From: Antedon mediterranea | Taxonomy: Eukaryota > Animalia > Echinodermata | Reading direction: 5' to 3' | Assembly: GCF_964355755.1 (NCBI RefSeq) | Contig: NC_092675.1 | Coordinates: 27,376,912-27,440,911 of the forward strand | Length of the DNA: 64,000 nucleotides | Translations under genes and position numbers: made by a program | Part shown: positions 13,266-26,036 of the stretch, piece by piece | Numbering within the stretch: position 1 is the stretch's first letter | Layout of the letters: every line of letters starts with the position of its first letter | Notes under the pieces: generated by a model | What the model was told of the DNA's origin: nothing | Databases searched by the model: none | The model's input: only the letters and a program-made list of their open reading frames with translations

Positions 13266-15644
13266 ATCGCGTCATACAATTCTTATCATCGAAATGTTGC
13301 ATAAACGGCGTTCCATACAGTATAAAGAAAAAATAAAATAAAAAATAAAAATTTATATAAGCATTGTAATAGCCAAAAAAAAAAGAATATGTTTCATACA
13401 TACATACATTTTTTTCTAAAAATAATATTTAAAACAGGCATATGTTTCTGACTTTACCATAAATGGGATATAATACAGATCTCAAAATTGCATTTTAAGC
13501 TTTATATACAAAGTTCAAAGATATAAAGTAGTTTACCAAACAATGTTTATGAAGCTTCAGGAAATTAAAAACAAGCAAGAGATTTAAGACAAAATGATAT
13601 TTATGTCCAATTATCCCCATATGACCTTGAACCAAATACATACAATTCAATATACTTATTTTCTTAAGATATGTACACTATGTATGAGTAAGTACATGTT
13701 AATAAATCACAACATAGGGAATTAGTATTTTAATATCTGATATTGTTGGAGCCATCCATCTAATTTAATGTCATCTTTTATTTTGTATAAGTAACCCAAA
13801 AGTGAACTTGATTAGTTTTACATTAGGTATAAAACAAAAATGATGATAAATGTCAAAGAAAACAAATTAATTATCATATAGGAATCAATCAATCTGACTT
13901 GAGATTTAAAAAAGAAAGTTTTATTTTTAGAAAACTATATTGACAAGTGTCCTTCAAAGATTACCATATTCTTTTTTAAGAAATTCAGCCTTTTAAGAAT
14001 TCTCAAATTATTATTCAAGTTCAGCCAAATGTATCTTAATATTCATGACTTTTAAATCACATTTAAGTTAATATGACTGTTAAAGAGGCATTGTCGAACA
14101 AAACCTGGCAAATGAACTGGCCATTTTGTAGTTTTAAAAAACAATTTAATTCACTTTCACTTAATAATAATGATTTTAATCCATAAAAAAAGAGGAAAAA
14201 AATAGTTACATTTATAAACCAAAAACCTGACAATGGGTTTCTGGATGAATTTTGTTCTCCTTTAAATTAACATTTATCATTTTTGGCTATCATGTCTGAT
14301 TTAAAAAAAAATATTTTCTATATTAAAACAAAAATATTATATGCCATTAGAAATGTCTATAGTATACAGTTTTAACATATCAAAAAAGGCATGATTTTGA
14401 ATGATCTTATTATCGACCTGTGAAAGTGTTCTGTTTTATGCACCAGCAAAGCATAAATATTAATCATTACAGCTTACAAACTGCTTTTGCCACAGTGTTA
14501 CAGCAATTAAAGTAGAAACTATGACGGACATATGGAATGTAGGTCTCTTAACGTTATTTAAAGAAACATGGTTTGAGTTGAGCTTTTAAAGAATTATCTC
14601 TTTAAATTTATGGTCAAAACTGGACTTTCTTTATTTACAATACAGTACAGTACTTTAAAATAGAACATCTCTCTCTTTAAAATCTTGTGCCATTATACTT
14701 TCATCTATTTTTTCCCCCAGTTTGTTACATTTAGAGCAGGATGGTTTTGTAGATGATACAATCAAGGGTCACTGGTGTCAGTTAGGGGGCCAGGGTGATC
14801 AAGAGAAAACTTGGGCCCCCTGTCAGGGAAGAGTTGCCAATTTACCCATCCAACTTAATTTATATTGTGTATTGACAATGTTGGCTACTGTTGGCCAATC
14901 AGGCTATTCTATTAAAGCAGAACTAGTAGATACCCATGGAATACAGGAACTACCTAGTTAGTGAATTCTAACCATTTGTCAAAAAGAAATTTAAAAGTAT
15001 AATTTTTTCTGGAGGCCTAAAAGGCAGGAAAAGATAAAACGACACCCGTCACTAACAACTCGGAAGCCATACAATTCTCGAAAAAACATCTATATGAGGT
15101 CAGGTTGCATGCCCATTTAAACTAATAGTGATCAGAGTTGAATACCTCAGTTAGTTTTCAATTGATAGTATAAAATCTAAGAATTATTATAATAATAAGG
15201 AAATCTCATATTTCGCCAGTTTTCATCAAAAAGAAAAGCCACAACAATGCAATGAAAGAAAAAATATACAGTGTATAAGGTTCAAATTCTTTGTGCAGTT
15301 AGGCCCTTTCCTGTATTCTAAACATTAGAACAGACTTTACAAACAAACTATACATTGTTAACTGGCATACCTTGTGTCCCTGATTATACTGTCACTGCAA
15401 TATATTTTGACTATTTTATAACTTATTAACTTAATTTAAATTAATCATAATTTAAACTTTTAAAACAACATTATTTAGAGTCTTCCACTGTCAACTTTCT
15501 AAAACCACCAATTGGCAGGGCCTCCAGGCTGAAAGCTGAATTTAACAGTATGTACTGTAGGCAGTACTCAATCAACTTTCCACTACACAAAAATAGTGTG
15601 TCATAGGCCTTCTATAGGTTTTATTTGAATAAGCCCAGGTAAAA

Positions 15645-15895
15645 ATTCCAGTTGAAGACCAGTTGGGAAATTTCCCTGTTGTGAATTGAGACAATTACCA
15701 GTTGTGAATTTCCCAGTTGTGAATTTTCCAACTGGTCTGATAATCCCAGTTGTAAATTTTACCAGTTGTAAATTTCTCAACTGGTCTGATAATCCCAGTT
15801 GTGAATTTTCCAACTGGTCTGATCAATCCCAGTTGTAAATTTTCCCAGTTGTACATTTTTCCCAGTTGAGAATTTTCCCAACTGGTAAATTTCAG
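15645..15895. repeat. Left subterminal ccagttg/caactgg repeat array
   Basis: About 15 copies of ccagttg(t) in both orientations. Confidence 0.85.
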
Positions 15896-16359
15896 TACAA
15901 AAACAAATTACACAAACTACAGAACTTATTGTTTAACTGTTTATTTTATTAACTTTAATATTTACAATTACAGTAGTTACTTTCAATTCTGCAGTACTGT
16001 AGTTAATTACCCCACAAAGGTCTTAACGACCTGCATAACCCCTACATCTACACAAATGTCAGCATATCCCTGCCGTTTCCTTTTTACAGGTCCATGAAAA
16101 TGGAGATCTAGCATTTATTCAGTAATATATTTATGAAGTTATGGCCACCTTCTTTATTTAGTCATGTTGACAAAATTAGTCCTGAAAGAGAAAAACCAAA
16201 ACAAATTGATTAAATAAACAATATACTGGTAGTACAAGGAATAAATCAAATTCAAATCTCAAGTATCAATTTATATACTGTTTTACTGAAAAAGGAAGAT
16301 GGAATCATGTATTAATCAATTTATTAATTAATGATTATCCAAATTATGTTCTCTACAAG

Positions 16360-17218
16360 CAATAGAGAGAAATGGCGAACCGCGATGACGTCACTCAAAT
16401 TTCACCGAGTGGGTATAGATTGTAAACAAACCATTTCGCCACATGTTTTTGTATGGGAAATTCCGATGGGTTGAGTTAAAAAGGGAGGTAGAAAAGAACG
16501 TTTAAAACACACATAATAGCAGTATCTTTTTTTTTTTGCAACACCCTTATAAATTTTAATGTTATATGGGCAAATCTTAACATATTTTATTTTAATTTGG
16601 ATTGAATTAAGACGTGTTTTTGTTATATACTGTACCCAGCTCTAGGCCCTAGATAGTTGGCATGTATGCTGTAGTACCTTGAGCCTAGCACGGATTATCG
16701 GTTATTATAAAAATAATAATATTGGAAATTCGTTATTGCGTACTGTACTCACTACTACTACTTTAGCTAGGGTGCTGCTAGGCGTCTCCTAGCTAGGTAG
16801 TAAGACTAAATAGAGCCTCTCTAGTAGATGTAGGACTAGCATTAGTTTCAGCTTGACAACTGCCATTTTGTTATGTGGCTAGTGATGCTTCCTGCAGGGG
16901 GGCTACCGCCAGTAATGATGCTTGATAACACCATTCTACTATAATACTATAGGCCAAGTCTAATGTAGACCTACAGATATGAGATATTTTTAGGAATATG
17001 ATTGTGAATGATGGATGACTTTTATACATATTTCATTGATTTATTGTGTAAATACACAAATACAACAAGAATTATGAGCGTTACAGCAACAACATTGGTT
17101 AGACAACGCCATGATTCACGTGTATAAACATAGGAAATGTGTCGCCCTCAACGGTTTGTTATGATTTTATACCCACTCGGATTTTAGACGTGCGTCGGTT
17201 CGCCATTTCTCTCTATTG
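16360..17218. mobile_element. TIR MITE with 3-bp TSD AAG
   Basis: caatagagagaaatggcgaaccg ... cggttcgccatttctctctattg (23-bp perfect TIR), aag on both flanks. Confidence 0.75.
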
Positions 17219-18420
17219 AAGATGAGTATCATTTCACTTTAGTTTGTCCCTTTTATTCAGATATTAGAACTAAATATATTTTCATTTTATACAAATAACC
17301 CCTCTAAATTAAAATATATTTATCTTATGTCTACTACAAATATCTCATTACTAAGCTTGGAAAATATATATATTTTTTTCATTTTAACGTAGAACAGAAT
17401 TCTTAAACGCACTCTAATGTTATTGATTGAATTGTTACATTGTATATTATTTGGGCCAAAAGCCATATAAATAACTATTTTTTTGGATCATTCCAAGAAA
17501 GAAAGTATACATAAATATATTTACCCTTCAAATTGTACTGCTGTACTTTTTTGGTTGGTTTATAGCCTTGTTGGTTGTATTCAAGTAAACTGGAAATCAC
17601 CTGCAATTGTGTATGAAAAAAATTGAAGGAAAATTAAGAAATATAGGATATTTAGTTTAAGGAAACGGAGACAGACTAAAACAGCATGGATTAGTTTGCT
17701 TTATTATTAGATTAGTAGGCTAGCCTAGGCTTAGGATATGTTAAAATAGCAGCCATGCATGTCATCACGACACTAGCTAGAGTAGTGATAATACAACATG
17801 CAGAACAGTAGTACTACTGTAGCTAGTTTGGGCCTACAACTACTAGAAGCCTAGGGCTAGACTTTAGAGGCCTAGGGCTAGACTTTAGAGGCCTAGCCTA
17901 GTAGTAGGCCAAAATAACAAAAGTGATCATGAATGAATGGAAATAAATCTCGTTTGTGTGGTAATGACATGTAGGCTAATAATAGGTTAATAATATAGTA
18001 TTTTTGGGCTTTGTTTCTAGCCTACTATAGGCTAGTACTATGTAGAGGCCAATAAGACAATTTGCGGTCGTACACAGCCATGTAATCAATCAGCTAGCAA
18101 GGTGGGGAAAGCCAAGGCTGAAGCGCCTAGCTTACTAGCCAGCATGCAGCGAGCGGCGAGGCCTCCATTTTGTTGTCGATCTTTGATCATAGTTTGTAGG
18201 CCTATGCCTATAGTAATAAGAGATAATAATAGACATATATGTCAGGCCTACCTTTTATAAAACAGCAAGATTTGTGCCTCATCCTTAATTTGATGCGATT
18301 AGCCAATAATACCCATTCTAGACCTGGCATCTCTGTGCTGCGTGATCGCCGATTTTGCCGCCGAGCTACACTGGTGGCACAAACAAAGGGAGCCGTTTTT
18401 GAGCGCCGTGAAGTTGGTTA

Positions 18421-18592
18421 CTTCAACTTTCGGGAGCAGCATAACTACAGATGTTTCTCTGCGGCCCGACACGATCTTGACTAAGGTCAACGACGTCAAG
18501 TTTTTCTCAACTTTCGTAAGAGACGTAAGAAACGTATGAAACGCAAGAATCGTTGCAAAATTCGACTTCTTACGTCGACAGGAAACCAGCCT
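18421..18592 (-). mobile_element. Truncated inverted copy of the left end of the adjacent Harbinger-like MITE
   Basis: Reverse complement of 18776-18946, followed by TTA. Confidence 0.8.
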
Positions 18593-18775
18593 TTATTCCT
18601 TATTCGACATTCGTCAATGGAAGTTGGTTCCTTATTCGACGTTCGACATTCGCTAGGCTAGGCCAAAATTTCGAAAATGATAATTTCCCAGCGGTAAATA
18701 TGCCGTGCGCCACCAACCAATCTCCTGCTGTTACTTATTCCCTATTCGACATTCATTCGTGAAGTTGGTTCCTTA

Positions 18776-20248
18776 AGGCTGGTTTCCTGTCGACGTAAGA
18801 AGTCGAATTTTGCAACGATTCTTGCGTTTCATACGTTTCTTACGTCTCTTACGAAAGTTGAGAAAAACTTGACGTCGTTGACCTTAGTCAAGATCGTGTC
18901 GGGCCGCAGAGAAACATCTGTAGTTATGCTGCTCCCGAAAGTTGAAATTTTGGCTGTGAAACACACGTCGTATGCTTACGTCGATTTTAGTGTTGTTACG
19001 AAAGTTGAAATTTTTTTCTTACGTCGGTCGGATTTATGACGTATTTGAAACAACATCTCTGATTGGTGTTTCTTTTTAGAGCGGGTTTTATCATTTTTCG
19101 CGCGAAATGTTGAATGTTCTTATTGTACCTGTAGCTTCTCAGCACCAGTGTCAGTGCAGCACACCAACATGTTATTTTCAGTAGATAGGCTAGGCCCTAG
19201 TATTAGTAAAATACTTAATTAATACTGTACTAATAGGAATTGATTTGACCAAACAATCAAACTAGCCTAGGCCCCTAGCCTAGGCTAGTAGGCCTATGTA
19301 TTATTTGTATGAATCAAAATATGAATTAATTATCCTGGCCCTCTAGGCCTCCTATCCTTAAATAGTTTTCAAAATTAAAAAAAGGCAAATCATTTCGAGA
19401 TTCCTATTATTATTATTAGACCTACCTAGGCCCTAGACTAGGCATTGGCCTATGGGCCTATAAGCATATCTAATCGAGCATGAGATAGTACTACCGCAGT
19501 AAGATACCCATTATTTACAGGCCTATAATAAGAATAAATTTAACAAAACAATATAAATTATACAAAATCAAGCAAACAATTTTTTTTTAAAGTTACATAT
19601 AATATTATATTGCTTACAAAAGGGCTTTCTATATCTTATCTTGTTGCAAATGTTCATTTTCGCGACGTTTCTACCGATGCTGATTGTTTATTGCACGTCC
19701 ATAAATTAAATAAGAGTATTATATTTTGATATGAGTTGTAAACTCCCAGATTAGAAAATTATTAGGCCTATATTGAAACTACTGTGCATTTGTAAAGTAT
19801 GTACAACATCGTAAAGTGGGCTAAAATTATAGTAGTAAATACATACAAATGTTATTGTCCGGCTTTATTTCACTATAAAGACATACACATTACGTCATAA
19901 CTCTTGTCGTTCATTGGTTACTTGTTACGATTGCGCTTACGTCTCTTGCGAAAGTTGACTTCAAGTCAACTTTCGTAAGAGACGTAAGAAACGTGACGCA
20001 AGGGCGTTCATTCAAGCGTAAGATAAAAAATCCCGGTTTCCTGTAAAATCGGAAGAAAATGTCGTAACGCAACAATTGTTAGGTCATCGGTTTCCTGTAA
20101 AATCGTTTGTCGTTACCATTTTTCTTACGTTGCGTCGATTTTATAAATTTTCGATCGTAATCGGTTTCCTGTAAAATCCGCATTTCTTACGACAAATCGA
20201 CGTAGTCGCAACAAAAGTGATGTTCTTACGTCGACAGGAAACCAGCCT
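18776..20248. mobile_element. PIF/Harbinger-like MITE
   Basis: TIR aggctggtttcctgtcgacgtaagaa / ttcttacgtcgacaggaaaccagcct; TSD TTA; an empty-site paralogue gaagttggttccttattcgacgttcg is present at 18620. Confidence 0.85.
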
Positions 20249-20371
20249 TTATTCGACGTTCGCTAGGCCGCGGCCGACCGGCTGGCCCAAATTCGTACCA
20301 AAGTAGACCTAGTGTAGATGTACCTATTTTATCACAGATTTACATTTTTTAGTTCCGATATTACGACAATA

Positions 20372-21311
20372 CCAACGCCTCGGGCCGGGTTCACAATAGC
20401 ATAGATTGACGTAGTATGGTCCTGGAATTCCAGAAATGTGCCACTTGCCCCGACCCAGATCGGGCAAGTACGGATTTTAAAGCAATTTAAAATGCGTATT
20501 TTTAGCATTAATTTAGTAAACACCACTTTTATTAAAGTGGTCATATGACCACACACCGACGCCTCGCGTCGGGTACACAATAGTATAGATTGACGTAGTA
20601 TGGTCCTGGCATTCCAGAAATGTGCCACCTGCCCCGGCCCAGTGCGGGCAAGTACGTGTTTTAAAGCAATTTCAAATGCGTATTTTTAGCAATAATTTAC
20701 TAAGAATTAATAGCACCACTTTTAAAGTGGCCATATGACCACACCACGACGCCTCGGGCCGGGTACACAATAATATAGATTGACGTAGTATGGTCCTGGC
20801 ATTCCAGAAATGTGCCACTTGCCCCGGCCCAGTGCGGGCAAGTACGGGTTTTAAAGCAATTTAAAATGCGTATTTTTAGTGTTATTTTACTAAGTATTAA
20901 TAGCACCACTTTTAAAGTGGCAATATGACCACACCCCGACGTCTCGGGCCGGCCGCCGGGTACACAATAGTATAGATTGACGTAGTATGGTCCTGGCTTT
21001 CCAGAAATGTGCCACTTGCCCCGGCCCAGTGCGGGCAAGTACGGATTTTAAAGCAATTTAAAATGCGTATTTTTGGCATTAATTTAGTAAACACCACATT
21101 TAAAGTGGCCATATGACCACACCCCGACGCCTCGGGCCGGGAACACAATAGTATAGATTGACGTAGTATGGTCCTGGCATTCCAGAAATATGCCACTTGC
21201 CCCGGCCCAGTGCCGGCAAGTACCGTACGGATTTTAAAGCAATTTAAAATGCGTATTTTTAGCATTAATTTAGTAAACACCACTTTTAAAGTGGCCATAT
21301 GACCACACCCC
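20372..21311 (-). repeat. 181/190-bp satellite, block A1 (about 5 units)
   Basis: Tandem units ...ggccatatgaccacaccccgacgcctcgggccggg...; continues in phase at 35114. Confidence 0.95.
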
Positions 21312-21330
21312 AGTAGAGGTAGAGGGAATA

Positions 21331-21575
21331 CAGACCCGAATGGAAGGTCATACCCCCAGGGCAGAAGTATTCCAGGCCCAAATGGAATGTCATACCCCCA
21401 GGGCATATTTCATATTTCTATTGTTTAATTTCCAGGTATTGTAATAATAATTAGTGAAAGGTCATTCTTTGTACCAGACCGGAAAGGAATGTCATATCCC
21501 CAGGGTATATATTATATTTTCTATTGTTTAATTTCCTGTTATTGTAATATTAATTAGCGAAAGGTCATTCTTTGT
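21331..21575 (+). repeat. Subterminal repeats of the palindromic element (mirror at ~34850-35095)
   Basis: Three copies of gaa(t/g)gtcata(c/t)ccccaggg and a ~105-bp duplication ending aaaggtcattctttgt. Confidence 0.75.
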
Positions 21576-21909
21576 TAGAGAAGGGGGTTTGTTATTTTGG
21601 CGGGGTTTTCGTTTTGGCCTGGGTTATAATTGTAGTTGGTGATGAATTTGTATTTTAAATATATTAGTGAAGGTAGTTCTTTGTTTGAGGATTGCTATTG
21701 TTATTTTTAGGCGGTTTGACCATTGCATAGGTCGCCTTTGTTTAGTATATCCTAATTTCTTTTGTTCATTGTTCTTTTTGTTTGGTACAATAGTTTTGTA
21801 TTTGATATTTTAGAGCCGTTTCTTTTTAGACATTGTAAGAAGAGGGACTGCTTTTTGTGACCTTTCCAGTTGTTTCGTCTATTTTTACGTGGAGTTACAG
21901 TATTTCGCT

Positions 21910-22461
21910 ATGTCTGGAAGTATAGATTTTTCGTTAGGTAGCTGTGTAGATACAGTTATAATTATTAGCGATGATGAGGAGACTGTTGTTACAGGTAACG
22001 ATATCGGTGATCGGTACATGCGGACTAATGAGGGTGTACCCGCCGGTGTTGATGAAGGAGTTGAGAGGGGTAGCCGGGCTACAAGTTGTATATTTACGTA
22101 CGTAGATGAGGTGGAGAGAGAATTGTTATTGAAATTGGAATATTTAGCCAGAGAAGTGTTTGTTTCTCAAGTGTTAAACATGTGCTGGATGTTAAGTAAA
22201 GCGGCTTGTTATGGTTGCGAATTTGATAGGCCTGGTCAAAAATATCATGACTTCTGCTGTATGAAATCTCCAGAAGAACAGATTGATTATTTTTATCGGG
22301 AGGTTCTGGATAAAGAGTATGTTACAGACAATACCGTGTATAGTGAGTTGAATAAGTACGAGGAATATTCATTACCACGGTATAGACATTTTGTTTACTT
22401 TCTCGTAAATACCTTGACTAATTCAGAGAACCTGTATAAGTTATTGTGTGAGGATATCTAA
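21910..22461 (+). CDS. 183-aa acidic protein with a CYGCEFDRPGQKYHDFCC Cys/His cluster (putative metal-binding), function unknown
   Basis: Long intact ORF in AT-rich DNA, ATG at 21910, identical in both arms. Confidence 0.7.
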   Translation: MSGSIDFSLGSCVDTVIIISDDEETVVTGNDIGDRYMRTNEGVPAGVDEGVERGSRATSCIFTYVDEVERELLLKLEYLAREVFVSQVLNMCWMLSKAACYGCEFDRPGQKYHDFCCMKSPEEQIDYFYREVLDKEYVTDNTVYSELNKYEEYSLPRYRHFVYFLVNTLTNSENLYKLLCEDI

Positions 22462-22623
22462 AACGTGTTTCGCACGTGCCACGGAAAAACGATTGACCGG
22501 AAAACAAACAATTAACAATGCTTTTAATCCGCACGCGTTGTAGGGAGACAATTGACAGGAAAAACAATTAATATCGCTTTAGGCTAATTACTGTTAAAAG
22601 GCTACTTCCGTACTGAGCTGTTA

Positions 22624-22655
22624 CATATATATCGGACCTGATTCAAACGCAGTTT
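22624..22655 (+). promoter_or_regulatory. Putative TATA box plus CAGT initiator for the PC4-AlkB gene
   Basis: catatatatc, then cagt about 25 nt downstream and 19 nt before the ATG at 22669. Confidence 0.4.
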
Positions 22656-22668
22656 TAAAGTACCAACG

Positions 22669-24367
22669 ATGACTACCTCCTCGAAGTTATTGGATCCTAG
22701 AAAATTTTTCAACGGTCAAACAAACGATTTGAGTAAAGCAGCGAAGCCGTCAACAAGTAAAAAATCATTTCACTCTGCCTCAGGAATTAGCGCCATGGAT
22801 TATGCCGAAATGACCGGTGGTGAACCAAAGATTCCAATAACTTCAACGAATCGGATTTTTCTGTCTGAAAAACGCCATGTAGTGGCCCAGCGCTGGGGTG
22901 AAGTTGTTTATGTATGCCTTAGAGAATGTTATCAAACGGAAGAAAATGGTGCCTTCAAACCTGGACCTCTAGGTATTAATTTACCCGTTCTGCTGTGGCA
23001 AAAACTTTTTACCAATATTGATTTAATTCTTCAAGCCCTAGCCAACTTGCAAAGAGACATTAACTTGGTGGAGGCAGTAAGAATCCCACTTTCGGACATA
23101 CTACATGTGGTAGTTAGTAGCTGGAAAGAAGAGCAGTTTGTATGTATTCGCCATTGTTACCAGGCCGAAGAAGGAGGCGAGTTTAAACCCGGCAAAAAAG
23201 GTATTAACCTTCCAAAGAGACAGTGGTACAAGTTAATTGAACAACACGGTGAAATTCAAAAGATGATTGAAGAGGTTGATAATGATAATGCGGTTACCGT
23301 CGATGGTGGTGGTGACGAAAACGATAACGGAGGACGTTTATTCAATTCAGAGCAACAATTGCTATCCCCTGATTGGTTATCTGTGCAAAAAATAACAGGG
23401 GAAAATTTAGATTGTGATTACCTTCAACTTCTTGATAAAGGAACAGCCGATACATTGTTTAAAAAATGTGAGGAAGAGATTGACTATTTTACCGGTGATC
23501 TTGCAAAGGTGAAAGTGTACGGAAAGTGGTTTAATATTCCTAGAAAACAGGTTAGTTCCATTATTATTTTATCCGTGGTTTTGTATTAATGACTTGTTAA
23601 TTACTTGTAGGCCTATATCGTTTCCTTTGTTTTTCTTTATTTACCGCTGGGTAGATGTGTAATTTACTCTTTTACTGTAAATGATTTTATTAGGGCGTGT
23701 TCATTTACATCTCACCAAATAAGATTCTTAAATTACTATGTAATGTATGGTTTTCCCCTCTGTATGTTTCGTTTGGCGATTCGGGCCTAACTTACAAATA
23801 TTCAGGCAATACAGTACCAGCTTTACCGTGGCCACCATTCCTGAAAGATCTCCGCGATCTTTTAAAAACGGTTACAGGACATTACTTCAATTTTGTCTTG
23901 GTCAATCGGTAAATATTCTTGTTTATTATTTTGTTTGTTTTAATTCTATTGTGCAAGTGTTATTTTACTTACATACATCCCCCCTCCCCCAATGGTTAAT
24001 TGGGTGTTTTTTTTTTAATCTCATGTTAAAATACTTTATTTTCTATTGTATTTTGTCGTTACTCTATAGATATGCTACTGGCAGTGATTACATTGGCGAA
24101 CACAAAGATGATGAAAAAGACATGAATCACTTTAGTCCAATCGCCTCTGTATCATTAGGGCAAACACGTATGTTTAGATTTCGACATGGTGATGCGCGAG
24201 GTAAGAGCCCCAAAAGAATAATTGAGCCAGTAACTGTTGATCTTAAACACGGTACATTATTAATGATGAATTATCCCACTAATGAGTACTGGTACCATTC
24301 ACTGCCTAAAAATCAATCCATCAAGCTACCACGAATAAATCTTACGTTTAGAGATATTAAAAGATGA
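22669..24367 (+). CDS. Spliced 2x PC4-like ssDNA-binding domain / ALKBH2-like AlkB dioxygenase fusion, about 440 aa (exons 22669-23550, 23766[or 23724]-23908, 24070-24367)
   Basis: Two PC4-like repeats (VxxWxxxxYVCLRECY..GAFKPGPLGINLP..W; VSSWKEEQFVCIRHCY..GEFKPGKKGINLPKRQW); AlkB motifs KVYGKWFNIPRKQ, FGDSGLTYKYSG, NFVLVNRY, HKDDE, WYHSLP, RINLTFR; GT donors at 23551 and 23909, AG at 24068-24069. Confidence 0.85.
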
Positions 24368-24504
24368 GAGAAATTTTACGCAAACATTAGGCCTAACAGT
24401 CTTCAATAGTGATTGCAGATCTCAAGAACATCAACTGTTCATGATCTGTTTTCATATAGTGTAGTAGTACAAGTTAGATTACTTTTGTGATGATATTTCT
24501 ACAA

Positions 24505-24705
24505 ATGGTTGTATTATTGTATTGAAGTTAATTCACTTAGATATAGGGCTAATTCCATTGATCGTTAATAATAATGTGATTGTTTGTCATAGTGTGGATA
24601 ATGATTAACTTTACGAAACAAATAGTTGTATTATTGTATTGAAATTCACTTAGATTCCATTGATCGTTAATATTCATGTGATTGTGTCCCATTGTGTGGA
24701 TAAAA
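24505..24705 (+). repeat. Tandem ~120-bp duplication in the 3' region of the AlkB gene
   Basis: gttgtattattgtattgaa...ttccattgatcgttaata...gtgtggataa occurs twice. Confidence 0.7.
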
Positions 24706-26036
24706 ATTAAATAATCTCTTAAAAGTAAATTGTATTGTATTTCTAATTGTTATAAATACATGTAACAGTTTCTTATGTTTGCACGTTTTTCTTTAAAGCG
24801 TTTTAACCGTTTAGTTAGTCATTTCTACTAATTTTAACAGAAAAACAAAAAAACTAGACATTCAACCGGACCCCAAACATTGAAATTTGTTTACAAGCAG
24901 GTTATTTCCATTAGCTATTCTAAGGCCTACTTTTTTTTTCTACATGTTTATTTTTCGACTATTTTTAAAAACTTTTTTTATGAATCTTCTGCTGTTTCGT
25001 TAGCAATTTTACAGGCCTGTGTCTTCGCTCTGTAGGCTTAACCTTATAACGGTTCTTTGTAAATGTTCTCTTATTGATGGTTACCTATAGCTCTCTCACA
25101 TCCCTTAATCTAGCACCATTTTATGAAAGATTCCTCAGTAAGGGGTTTATTACTGACGCTAGGTATCATCGACAGGGAATATTAGACAAAACATGACGTC
25201 ACTATTTTTAAAAGGTTTTCTCATTCAAGAACAGCTGACGTCAATGAAGAATACGTTACAACACGATAACTACCGGACAGCAGCAAAAAACATCAACCAA
25301 TCACAAATCTGAGCTACTAGTTAAATAATAAATAAACGAAACAAAGACAAAAGAAAAGGAAATACACTAAACAAATCATTTTCGTCTCGAAGTTATATTA
25401 ACGTAAATTTTTCCTTCACAAAATCACAGGAGACGCGTTTAACGTTTCCAATCACATTATTCAACTCATCAGGTGTAATATCTTTACACAAATCCTTTAT
25501 ATCTTTACTTGTTTTCTTACCAGCTCATATCAAACATGAATATTACTCTAAAGGATTGATGTACGATAAACCCCCCCCCCCCTTTTTTTTCTTTTTTTTT
25601 AAAGTCTGCATAGCGGCACGAGAAAACAATTGATAATGGAGATAAAAAGTTTGTCTTACATTGTTATACAGTAACCTGTGTTTTTCTTTGTTTACACCAT
25701 CTCATTGTTTATAATTATGTATGTTAATGTCGATAGTGTTTCTCTAGTACAGTTTATTACTTGTTTATACTCGTAAAGTTGGCAGGCCTCCATGTTGTTG
25801 GTATATTTTGTAAAAATTGTATTTATGTTTACTTTTTAAAAATCGTTTTATTTGCATTTTATCTCCTCCTGGTTAAAATGAGTGTGATGTTGCTTAAAAA
25901 GTTAACAAGTATAACCACTAAAACGGTTCAATACCTGTAGGAAATCATCAACATTGTAACATGCTGTAAACAATACAAATTAGTTTCACAAATTATTTAA
26001 ACAATAACACTAACAAATTATTAGAATTTAAGAAAA

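Noticed and set aside
23747-24069. N-terminal hydrophobic half of the 206-aa ORF as a membrane protein
   Set aside because: It is off-frame exon 2 plus T-rich intron 2; only 24070-24367 is AlkB coding
21910-24367. The host's regular ALKBH2 or PC4/SUB1 locus
   Set aside because: Lies inside a TSD-flanked element, is duplicated in inverted form, and has a fusion architecture unlike the cellular genes
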